Below, one piece after another: positions 12,701-24,349 of a DNA stretch of 64,000 nt. The stretch is from Elsinoe ampelina (taxonomy: Eukaryota). The translations under genes were made by a program, and so were the position numbers. Below the pieces are notes generated by a model. It saw only the letters and a list, made by a program, of their open reading frames with translations, searched no databases and had not been told where the DNA came from. The stretch's first letter is position 1, and each line of letters opens with the position of its first letter. The stretch lies in NCBI GenBank assembly GCA_010093995.1, contig ML992507.1, positions 488,673 to 552,672 on the forward strand, in the 5' to 3' direction.

Positions 12701-14227
12701 GGGGAAAACTACCAGAAAGCCAATGCTTTTATGCAGCAAGCCATCGAACGGCTGCCTCAGGGTCACAAGGCACTGTACTCTCTCAAGCTGCAGGTTGCCT
12801 CCTGGGCCCGCAGTGCAGGACCTCCTACCCTGGCCCTCGAGACCGCCAGGGAAGCATATACCGTAGCCCCTCGGGTCTCTGCACTATCACTGTACCTCCA
12901 CTCCTTGTTTAGCACAAAGCGTTACGATGAGTACCTCTCTGTACTCCTGACACACAACTCCAAGGCTTGCGGAGGTCGCTTTAAAGACCTATACCACTTC
13001 TTCCGCTTCCGCTACCGTTCACCTGGTAGTTCCAAGCTGATCACCCAGCTCGAGCACATCGCTCTGAACCACGACCGTTTAGTCGTCGCCCAAGTACTCA
13101 GAGAACAAGTCGCACCCTTCTTCCTAGCACTCCCCATGAAGGACAGGGACATCGCCGATCTCCGGACAGGTCTAGCAATCGCACACCTCCTCTGGCGCTA
13201 CGACGACGGCGACGCGCTCGCCGTATGCGAACCCCTCTACTCCGCCCTCCTCGACAGCATCGACTCCCATCCAGACCAAGACTCCCCTGAGCTAATTGCC
13301 CAGTGGTCCTCCGCCGCGCAAGTCCTCGCTCACCTCCACCTTGACGCTGCCCTCACCCTTCCCCGTGAAGGAGAACTGCACCACCACCTGCAGATCCTCT
13401 CCTCCCTCTCCTCCCGCTCCCCTCCCCCGGACCACGACCCGAACCTCCCCTCCCCCTCCGACCGACCACGAACAACCTACCCCACCCTCGCACTAGGCTA
13501 CCTCAAACGAACCCTCCCCCCCCTCCGAGGACTGCAAGAAGGAGACTGGAAACCCCTCTTCCACCCGACCATCCATCGCGCCCTCGCCCTCCTTTCGACA
13601 GCTGATCTTCGAACGATCACCAGCACCCAAACGAAAAGGGACGCGTACGACGACCTCGCCCGCGCCCTCGCTCTGGCAGGCGAGACGGGAGACGCGAGGA
13701 AGGCGTGGGCGGAAGCGATAGCGTTAGCGCCGTCGCGGGGTAAGTATCCCAGGGGAAGAGTGGAGGTGGGAATGCTCTGCAAGGGGTCGTGCAGCGTTAC
13801 TGTTGGCGGGCGAGGAGGGCGAAAGAGAAGGAAGGAAGGGAAGGGTGGTATGGGTGCGAACGGGGCGAGGAGCGCGTGTGGTGGCGAGGGGGAGAGGGGG
13901 GCGGGCGAGGGAGGCGAGGGACGGGCAGGGAGAGGCAAGTGGTGCGTAGGGAAGGGTGAGGAGGAGGGAGCGGTGCTGTGGGCTTGTGGAGTCTGTCCTG
14001 ACGTGATGCTCTGCGGGGGGTGTAGGATCTTGGTCTCGACGGGGCAGCTGGGGTGGAGGATTTGTGGGGGGCACCATGAGATGGTGAGGGTTTGGCCTTT
14101 GGAGCATGAGGGGGCGGGAGTTGGGGAGGGAAGTGGAGAGGGAGAGGGAGGAGGCGAGCCAGGAGCGGTGGGGGGCGAGCAGGTGGAAAAGTGGTTGGGG
14201 CACTTGACGAGGCGGTGGGTGGGGTGA
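9719..14227 (+). CDS. Fungal NLR-like STAND protein (Goodbye-like N-terminus, NACHT, TPR-like, ZZ-like zinc finger), interrupted by an in-frame TAG at 10496-10498; possible pseudogene
   Basis: DFQVLWAQALDRY N-terminus; Walker A GRPGMGKS; Walker B YLIIDGLDE; DGMFLWAKL; helical repeats; C-terminal CKGSC...CGVC.DVMLCGGC...CGGHH. ORFs 9647-10498 and 10505-14227 share one frame. Confidence 0.85.
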
Positions 14228-14439
14228 TGACTGGGTGATAGGAGATGGGTAGATAACAGGAGATGACTCGGCAGGGTGAGGCGTAAAGGGCGGTGGAGCG
14301 AGGGGACAGGCATTTTCCACGTGTGAATGTCTCACCTCACGCCCAAATGTGCGACTCAGTCACAATTACCAAAGACGAATTCCTGATGGCAACACAAGTT
14401 CGCGCGGAGATTCATGATATATTCACAGGACCCCCTCAC

Positions 14440-16886
14440 CTAACCCCCAAATTCCTCCTCAATCTCCTGATCCGTCATGGTCCCAACAAAAGCTCTCTGC
14501 AAAAACGCATGCCAGACCTTGTTCATCTTTCCCTTCTTGACCTTGTTCTTGCGCTGCTTATTCTTCTCCCCTTTGCCCTTTCCTTTACCCTTTCCTTTAC
14601 CCTTTCCTTTACCCNNNNNNNNNNNNNNNNNNNNNNNNNNNNNNNNNNNNNNNNNNNNNNNNNNNNNNNNNNNNNNNNNNNNNNCCCTTTCCTTTACCCT
14701 TTCCTTTACCCTTTCCTTTACCCCTCCCCTTACCTTTGCCTTTCCCCTTCCCCTTTTTCCCATTCACCTCCTCTTTCCCCTTCTTCAGCACATCCACATC
14801 CCCTTGCCCATCCTGCTGCACAGCCTGCACCCCAGTACTCATCCTCTGCGCCAACTCGACATAATTCCTCACCGTCAGATCCTTGACCTTGTACACCGTA
14901 TCATTCATCGTATCATACAACACCTCAAACTTGAACTTTTTCGGGTCCGGCTTCCCATCTTGGCGCGGTTTCTTCCCGTTGTGGTGCCCGTGCTTGCCGT
15001 CTTTCCAGCCGCCGCTGTAGATCGCTTTGCCGGACTGGGCGTCTGAGGATTTGAAGTCGTTGTTGATGTGGGTCAGGTTGGCGTACCATTGGGTGTAGCC
15101 TAGGAGGCTGAGGGTTTGGGGGCTGTAGGCCGGTCCAGGTGGGGTGCCTCGTGGGGGTGGTTCGGGGACGGTGAAGCGTCGCTTTTTGTTGCTTTTCTTC
15201 TTTTTCTTTTTCATGGCTTCGAGGTCGCTGGAACCGAGGCCGAGGGCGTCCCAGTCCATCTTTGGGCGGGCGACGTCCATGGTTGGAGGTCGGTAGTCGA
15301 CGCCGGTGATGTTGTATTCGTAGATGCGGAAGGTTGGGTAGTAATTCGGTATCACGGATGGTGAAACGAACGAGACGGAGAAGCGTTCTGCGTAGTCGCC
15401 ACCGATCGCGCGAAGGTAGTTCTTCTCTCTACCGTGGCGGTCTTTGGGTCGCTTCTTCTTGTCCTTCTTGCCCTTTTTTCCTTTCTTGCCCTTATTGCCC
15501 TTTCCGCCTTTCTTTACGAGTGCATCAATTTCCCAGTCTGGTCGGGCGTCATCGGACATGTCGCTCACTGCATGAGCCGGCTTGTCAAGGTTCGGATGTG
15601 AACGCTCAAGAGTGGCAAGAGTGGTGTCGCTCTTCATCGACTTTGGCTTCTTCGGCAGCTGTGCCCACCACGATCGAAGCTCGGCGATGTAGCTGCTTGC
15701 ACTCTTGACCTCAACCTCGCCGTTTGCCTCCTTCTGCTTTGTGATCTCCCATTGCTTCTTCTTGTTCTCGAGTCCAAACTCTTCGATTCCTACACCATCT
15801 TCCAGACTGTCATTGATGTCATCAAAGTCCTGGACGATAAAATGGTCGATATTCATATGTCCGTAGAAAGTGCCAACCACAACATCTCTGTATTGCCGCA
15901 TCCAGAGAGCATACTTTTGCCAACATGTCTCGTCCCAGTTGATCTTGCCCTCGGTCCTGGCTGGCGGTACGTGTCCGATGATCATGGCTTTCATGCCCCG
16001 GATCCGCAGGAACTGTAGTTGTACCCTCAGCCACTCCATCTGCCTGTATCCAGGCTCTGACCGAAGACTGCATCCATCCACGGCGGCATTCTTGTCATAG
16101 AAGTACAGCGTGTTGAGGCTGAAGACGGTCAGGTAATTCGGGATCACGTCGACCGCATACCACCCCGACTGATCAAACTCATGGCGCTCCTCTTCCGGAA
16201 TGAAAGACTTCCAAAGGTCGAGATACGTCCGAGTCCACTCGTTCGGGCCGAGGTCGAAGATGTTATGCGGAAGAATATCATTGTTTCCAAGATTCGGTGC
16301 GATTGGTACAGTGTAGTCATCATACGGATCATCATTGTCTCGTTCTCGACCAAATACCTCCTCAAACTTGGCCACAATCAAAGCATTCAAGTCCTTGATC
16401 TGCTTGTTGTTACGAGGCAGCTCTTCGTCATTGTCGTGCCGCGCCGAGTCGCCGGTCCAGATTATAAAGTCAATCTCGTCTTTTACATGCTCAGCCAGCC
16501 AATCGAAGGTAGCATTTACCAGTGTGACGGGAGAGTCGCAGTCGGTCGTCTCGGCGCCGTAGTATCCTGCTGAGCCTGAAGATCGGTGGCAGGCTGAGTC
16601 TTCGCCTGTGGAGGAGTAGGTCTTGTAGAAGCGATCGGGGTGGAAGTCTAGTAAACAGTCAGCTGAGTTAGGGCGAAGAACTGACTCGATACTTGCCTGT
16701 GACGTGCATGAAGCGGCCATGGAGGTGGCCTGGCGATCGTGTCCGTACATCGTACACGATTGGCTTTTGTGCTTGTAATTGTGCTGGCTCGACTGTAGGA
16801 AATGGTGTTGCTAGGATGCTGGTTGGTAGAGCTGCGAGCAAAATCGCGACTACTGCCCACTGCGGGCCAGAAATGAGAGTTCTCAT
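14440..16886 (-). CDS. PPN1: Endopolyphosphatase Ppn1 (calcineurin-like metallophosphoesterase)
   Basis: Hydrophobic N-terminus; HVTDFHPD, WTGDSARHD, GNND, GHVPP, YGHMNIDHF, SPSVIPNYYPTFR. GC-AG intron at 16648-16696. The C-terminus KVWHAFLQRAFVGT lies beyond the N-gap. Confidence 0.93.
14570..14745. repeat. 12-bp coding tandem repeat (ccctttccttta)n encoding poly(GK), spanning assembly gap 14615-14684
   Basis: Repeat visible on both sides of the 70 N run. Confidence 0.9.
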
Positions 16887-17005
16887 GCTTGTTGTGACTC
16901 GATCATGACCGTCGTAATGTCATTAGGTATGCGCCCGTCGTTTGATCAGGAAGAATAGGTTGAAGCAAAATAACTGCCCGAACGAAGCTGTTCTGGCTGG
17001 ACAAG

Positions 17006-17264
17006 TGTTGAATTGTGTAGGGGAGGAAAAAGGATTGATTACTGCCTGAACCACCAAAATGAGGTGGATTGTAACTACATAAATACTCAACCTGGTATAC
17101 TGAAAGATAGCTAAATTAAAAGAACTCCTTAATAGCAGCAGATTAAGACAATAATCATCTAATTTGATTATGGATTAGTAAAATGGTAAGATAGTGTTTA
17201 GTTTAACCTTAGGATAAACTAAATTAGGGTCTTCTTAGCGCTCTAGCTTATGCCTCGGTTAATA
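17006..17264 (-). repeat. copia 3' LTR (259 bp)
   Basis: Collinear with 45899-46157; the differences seen are C>T/G>A transitions. Confidence 0.95.
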
Positions 17265-18296
17265 CACTCCTTTACTAAGTAGCTATAACTCTATAATAGC
17301 TAGTTAGTAGACTACTAACTCGAGGGATAGCTATTATAAGAAGGCCTTATACCTCCTAGGTAGTAATAATTTAGTAAATCTATTAGCTAGTGTATCTACT
17401 AATAGTATCTATGTGACTAAGATAGGACTAGATAGATCTCTAGCTTGATTAATCTCTTGTTTTAGCTAATAATAATAAATATTAACATAGCGAAGGCGTG
17501 TAGTTAGCTTCTTAATTAGAGTAGTAATAAGACTAATAGTTTACTAATTATTATACTAAATACTAACATGTTTAAGAGGATAGATAAAGGCTATTAGCCT
17601 CCTCTACTATATAGCTTGCTTAGTGGTCTCTATAAGAGCAAGTAGCTTAGCCTCTATAGTTAATATTATAACTATTAGTTGCTTTATAGCCTTCTAGTTA
17701 ATTAATCCTTAAAACATCTTAAAGAGATAGCCTTAAAGGCTCTTCCTTGTTAGGTAGCTACTAAAGCTAGCATCTAATAAAGCTTAGAAGATTAGTAGTA
17801 GTATTAAGCTATTAAAGGTAAGAGCTAAATTCTTAGTTTTATAGAGATATTAGATTACTCTATTTNNNNNNNNNNNNNNNNNNNNNNNNNNNNNNNNNNN
17901 NNNNNNNNNNNNNNNNNNNNNNNNNNNNNNNNNNNNNNNNNNNNNNNNNNNNNNNNNNNNNNNNNNNNNNNNNNNNNNNNNNNNNNNNNNNNNNNNNNNN
18001 NNNNNNNNNNNNNNNNNNNNNNNNNNNNNNNNNNNNNNNNNNNNNNNNNNNNNNNNNNNNNNNNNNNNNNNNNNNTACTAGGCTTAGCTAAGCTAGAGTC
18101 TCTTTATTAGTCTATCCCTTATAACTTAGATAGCTAGAAACTAGCTTAGATCTCTAAGCACCTTTATCTTATATTTAGTATAGAGGGCTATAATAATAGT
18201 ATTAGCTTTCTCCTCGTTACGAAAGTCCTAAGCGTAGAGAGTTAGAATATTAGGTTTCTCCGTATTAAACTAAGTTTAACTATATTAGGTCGCTAT

Positions 18297-18362
18297 AAAC
18301 GCACCGCACCTACCTAAATTTAGTTAAACGCACCGTACCTACCTAATTTTAGTTAAACGCAC
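18297..18362. repeat. Subterminal 29-bp tandem repeat (aaacgcaccgcacctacctaaatttagtt, about 2.3 copies)
   Basis: Directly visible about 80 bp inside the left TIR. Confidence 0.8.
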
Positions 18363-20599
18363 TATACGTGCCTTAGATTAGATAAATACTCTACTTGCCG
18401 CGACTAGAATAGATATAGAAATTAACAAGCATCTTCCGGAGAGAGCTCTCTAAGCTAGTGTAATTATAGATCTTATCTACTAGATAGAGAGGAAGTATAT
18501 ACTCTATATTATTAAAGCTTAGTATAGAAGCGCTTTTGCTATAATAGGAAAGTAGACATTATACGCCTTGTTCTCTAGCTTGTAACATAAAACCCTAAAC
18601 TAATATATACTTATTCTAACTCTATTTTATTGTCTCTACTTAGTTGTCTATTAAGGTGTTAGATGTCTCTAAAGACAAGCACTTTCGCGTAACTATATAG
18701 CTAGCAACAAAGGTTAATACTAACGAAAAGCGCCTCTATTGCCCTATAGCCTATAAGTTCTGCTATCTAGTAGCCTATATTGTTAATAATATAAAATAAG
18801 CTTATAGAGGGGCATTTATAACTTAGGCTTATAGATATAAGGAAGCTTTTCCTAAGAAGGACTTAATTATTATAGCTAAGTATAGTTATAACATCGAGTA
18901 TAAATACCTATAGACCTATTCTAGTACTTAGAAGTCGTTAGTAACGTAGGAAGAGAATAATAATAGAAGCTAGATATACTACGTTAATAGTGGCTATAGT
19001 AGCGAGGCTATAGCCTATTCTAAGAAGATTAACACTAATATAGACAGGTACGGGAAATGTAATAGATATTTAGTTTAGGCTAAGCTAATTCCTCGTCTAC
19101 TAACACGGAATAGTATACCTACTAGAAGGATAATTCTAGGGCTATAAAAGACTACCTAGAAAAGTAAGGTCCGACGAATATTAGTATAGTGTCTAAGTAG
19201 CCCTAGAGATAGTACTAAGGACATAGCAGTCTAAACGACAGCTTAAAGGCAGTTATAGCGGAGAAGTAAATACTCTTTCTAGGAAGTTTAAGATTTACCT
19301 TAACTATCTATCTACAAGGTCATCGGCAAGGAAGTAATTAGTAATAATAAGAGGCTCCTTCTACTTCTTACTCTTCTTCTCTGCCTTGCCGAGCTTAATA
19401 CTAGCATAGCTATAGACACTAGCGAAGATAGAGGTAGTACGCTTCTTACCTTACTAGCTCTCGGCGCTAGTTATAGTAGTCGTCGGAGAGGTAATAGAGG
19501 TAGTGTCTAGGTTAAGATCGCGGCACTTTATTGCTATATGTTAAAGATAAGGTTACCTCGACGCGTACTAAGCTTCTAGTAATAACTCGCAGTTGTAGCC
19601 GTATATAAGCAACAGTAGTTATAGAGGGAGCAGTAGTAGTAGCTTCGGTTACGGTGTACCTTACTATAGTAGAGAGCAAGGAGAAAGGTATAGAGAAGGA
19701 AGGGAGTATCTCTCTCTCGGAGGTAGGTATAATAACACTTTTTCCTACTATATCCCGCCGCTCTACTATTACTACTACTAAGTAGTAGTTGTAGTAATAG
19801 CGCGTGTAGGATAATCTAGTATATAATCTTATAGACAGAATTTGTCGTATATATATTATACACTAATAATCTTACGAGGAAATACTTACAACCTACGTAG
19901 ATATAGAGGAGACTTTAAAGGACAAGGAAGAGGCTACTCGCTATACTAAAGGGTAACTTCTTCTTCGACTCGTTTTCTGCGTATAGTATATATATAAAGA
20001 TTAATAAGAATGTTCCCTAGCGAGTCTTCTAAGCTAGTGTTATTATAGATCTTATCCGTTAGATAGAAAGGAATAAGTCCTTAGCAACTACTCTAGTAGT
20101 ATCGAGTAGATCTCTATGATGTAATAGCGAATAGAGTAAAGCGCTATTATCTATATCGGAGTCTTATTAGTAAACTTATTATAGAGAATAAACTTTCCTC
20201 TTAGACTGCCGACTCTATTAGTAAAACTAACCTAAAGATAACTTACTAACCTAAGCCTTTTACCACTATTGCTAAATACTTAGGGTATGTCTTAAGTATC
20301 TTAAAGACTAACTTCTATAACGCCTTACTATAATTTCCTAAGCTATTGTAATTAGTAAAGAAATAGACTAACTCTTTAGCGTAAAAACTATATAAGGCAC
20401 CTTAGGCTACGAACTCTATATAGTTTAGAGACTAACCTAATAATACACAGGTGTAAACTAACTAGTTAGAGTAATACCTACGGAAGTTATTACAACTCGC
20501 CTACCTAATATAGTTTAGTAGTTAACCTAAGTATACCTAAGCGTTAGGCCGTCGACGTAAGAGACGATTATTCTAGCTACGAAAGGAGTACTCTAGCTT

Positions 20600-23500
20600 C
20601 GTTAATACCTACTACGCTTACTAACTATGCCTAGGGATCTTAACCTCTCTTGTTTCGAAGCCTTAGCTAAGTAGAGCTATTTAGACTCCTATAACTTATT
20701 CTATAGCATATTATATATGTTAAAGTCGGCTATGTTATTAATGTATATCCGGCTATATAGCCTTATTTTATCTACCGGCACGACGTAGATACTATAGTAG
20801 ATTTACGAGGTAGAGTAGACACGTCTACTAGTAAGAGTGTTCCGTCTAGCTCGCGCGCGTCGATTTGTCTAAGGCTTAATTAGTGTTATGCTATGCTCTC
20901 GATTAGCTACTCTATTTAGCTAAGTAGGCTAATATAGATCTACTAGCGCTCCCGTGTAGTATAGGCGTTAACGCTAGCCTAATCTACTAGACTAGAAGCT
21001 ATTCTCTATAGTTATTATAAACATAATACGAGCTAGTAACTTACCTTATAGGCTATTAGGTAATGCTCCGTTAGTGCCTTTATCGTTCGTTATCTATTCT
21101 TATACCTAGAGCTAGTCTTGCCTCTTATTGCTACGTATCCTCTACTATTTAGTTATACACTAGATAAAGTCTTATTTGTCCGTATTAGGATTATTAGGAT
21201 TATAGTTAGATAGTTTTCTATACTTTAAAGAATAGTAGAACTTAACGTAGAGGTTACTTACCTAGGAAGAATCTAGTTTAAGTCTATCGGGATCTAGTTC
21301 GGCGTTAAACTAATTAGAGTATTTAGTTCTCGAGTTAGAGCCTATATCGGCTATACCTTAACGAGCCTCGCGGACAAATACCGCTATTACTTGCTATAGT
21401 AATAGCCTAGGTAGCATATTAATAAGCGCCTCTAGTTCTCTTACTATACGCTATATAGCCCCCCCCTTAGCGCTAGGCTAGCCGAACTAAGAAGTAACGT
21501 TTACTATATCGCTTACGCCGACTAGCGTACTCTAGATCTTAATTAGTTTAGTAGCTAATAGCCTAACTAACTTCGAGGGGTCGTTAAATACTACTAACAT
21601 GTTTACTAGTTTAGTGTTATAAGTAGTAACCTAGTCTTTCTATCTAGCCTTCTTATTCGTGAGTTTAAAGGCGTCCTTAATAAAGCATATATAATTATAC
21701 TCTAAATAATTAGAATCGAGGCTAGTAACTACTTCGAAATTATAGATAGCCTTTAAAAAATATATTATTAAGTACTATTTCGGAAAGTTAAAGTTACTCT
21801 CTTCTTTCCTATTACTATAATAGGCCTAGAAGGTTTCTTTATACTTGTTTATCCTAAAGAGCGCAAGGTTAATATACTAGAGTATATCGTCGTTATAGGT
21901 CTTATAGTTTACTAGTAATATAAAGTCAACTAGTGCGCGTATAAACTTAATAGCTTAAGGCGCCTTAACCTTCTTAAGTAGTAGTATAAATACTAGAAGC
22001 ATCTAGCGTATAATACTCTTCTACTCTTAACCTGTCTATTGCTTAATAGCTAAGTAGTGCAAGAAGTATTAGATGCCGGGAAACACTAGTATACTATCGA
22101 AACGCTTGTTAATAATATTAAGTATAATCTTCTTTGCCGAGCGCTAGTGGCCTATTCGCTATATAGTCTCTCTAGCCTTTATATACCGCAGTAATCTCTA
22201 TATAGGTATTAAATCCTAGAGCAATTTTTAAGTCTAGCGTAAGATGTGTATTAAAACGCCTTTAAGAAGTTAGTATAGAATATCTAGTACTATTACGTAG
22301 TAAATATTAGTATACGGAAGATCCTATATAAAGTAACTAACCGTATAAACCTAAGAGCTTATATCTATCTTCTTGCCCTGCTACTAACTCTCGTATACTT
22401 CTCTCTATAAGCGCTATTATCGCTACGTAGAGTAGTAAGTTCGGAATAGTATAGTAACTACTAGGTTCTCCCTTTCGTCCTTGCTAATTAGGCAACTTAT
22501 ATAATAATATAGTGACTTTACACTAGTTATAGTAACCTATTTAGCGTAATTCGTAGGTATAGCAGCAAGTATAGAGAAGTACCTCTGCCTCTTTCTATCT
22601 ATATAGAAGATTGTTTTACTCTCTCTCGAGTAGTAATTAATAATAGTATTAAAGATTTTCTTTATATAAGCGTAGTAGGTCTTCTCCTTAACGACATTGC
22701 TACTATCTTTAATAATAGAAAGTAAGCTAATTAGTAACTACCCCGGCCGGTAGTTGCTATTACGTACTTCTACCTTTAGGTTACCTAATAATAGATAGAT
22801 AGCGTATACTATAAGATCTCCTTAATAGTTTATTACCTAGGTCTAATTACTCGCGACGATTAATAGAATAATAGTAGCCCCTAGTATTCTAAGTCGCTTT
22901 TGTATGTTCTACTACTAGTTGCTACTTACTATTTTAGTGTATACTTATTATAGTAGCTTACTCTCGATAGCTTCTATAAAGACTCTATATAGGCTATAGT
23001 CTATATCTACTACGAAACTATAATAGCTAAGTAAGAAGCGTATCGCTATAAGAATATCTAGATGCTAGAACGTATGTCTTTTAGGCCTACAATTAGTGTT
23101 TAGTATAAAGCTCGAGGTCTACTAGCCGTTAATACCCCCGCCCGTATCTAAATTCTCTATCTTCTCTATTAGTTTATTCGTAGTTCGCTAACTAAGGCTC
23201 TCTACTAGAGGTTATATACGTAGGCCTTTAAGTAATTACGTAATTATAGCTCTACTAAGTTTCTCCTTTATAAGCTACTAGGTAAGACCTACGTCTATAC
23301 CGCTAATAAAGGCTTCCTTTAGTTAAGTCTTGCCTAACTAATTGTAATTTAGTTCATCGTCGGTGTTAGTGTATATATTATAGACTTAGGGAGATCTAGA
23401 CAAGATTAGTCGACGCGAACTAAGGATAAACTATATCTATAACTAACTCTTCGCTGCCGGCCGGTATACTAGTAGCTATCTCGAACATAGTATAATCGGA

Positions 23501-23737
23501 TATAGCTCTACTAGATAAGGACAACCTCCTAGTACTCCGCCCTATAGATATACTACTAGTTGTGCTTACTATAATTACTTACTCTTCCTCGTGCGTGCCT
23601 TCTATTGTAACCTCGTCTATACTCTCCTCTTTCTCGTGTACGTCGCTATTAAGCCTACTATTACTATTACTGTCTGTTTTACGTGCTAGAGGTTAAGGGT
23701 TAAGGTCGGTAAAGAGACTAAGAGAATTATCCGCTAT
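20600..23737 (-). pseudogene. Plavaka-family transposase relic
   Basis: De-RIP: PGATIIPLIVASDQTQ...YAIYLSLGNL (about 22780-22885), CADGKRQRCFPVLAAMPADYAEQ (about 22540-22610), DLPYADIHHVMVPDILHQLLKG (about 22260-22325), IDKRFDSVPVFPGIRHF, QWTGQEQK, VRALVDF, FNFPKWH, KDAFKLTNKK. Ends approximate. Confidence 0.88.
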
Positions 23738-23885
23738 GCTATACTATATAGTAGGCAAAGGGGGAAGGATACTCTCTACCGGCTATAGACTTTCGTTTCT
23801 ACCCTAGTGTTTAGTTCAATTCTTAATTACTATTATTCGTAGCGGAGTAAAGTAGACTAGCGAGTTATTCGGCGTTAGCGGACTA
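23373..23885. repeat. Internal direct repeat A, copy 1 (transposase 5' end plus upstream region)
   Basis: Near-identical to 30726-31238 (offset 7353). Confidence 0.9.
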
Positions 23886-24349
23886 TATTATATATTACTA
23901 GTAATACTACCTCGTTAGCCTTTATTAGATAGTAAGCGCTCTCTCTTATTAAACAAGCAGGAATTGTTACTAGCGTTGTCTCTACGTAGATATCTATTGC
24001 TACGTTACTCTAGTAAGACTTACGCTATATTACTTATTAGTAGCTCTCTTCTCTAGTAATATAGTAGATGTTAGATAAGGCCTCTACTAGATTATATAAT
24101 CTTCCTACAGGCCGAGCATTTACTAATTCGCCTTAGTATATCTATATTTGTCGCTTAAGATCTAAATTTGTAGTTAGAGTTAGCTAGCTAAATTTTAGCG
24201 ATAGTAGAAAGTAGGAAACGTTTAGATACTATATTATATTAGGTAACCTAAAAGATAGTTTAACATATATAGAGAACTAAATTAGTCCGCTAAACTAAAG
24301 AATTGCATTTTTAGGTGATATAGTTAGACTATTATCTAGTAATCTTAAT

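Noticed and set aside
17866..18075. N run inside the copia
   Set aside because: Assembly gap, not a biological feature; it makes the restored copia length approximate.
19300..19800. Third paralogue of the repeat-B small ORF, or a Zn2Cys6 gene
   Set aside because: Only faint similarity; the cysteine pattern could not be reconstructed.
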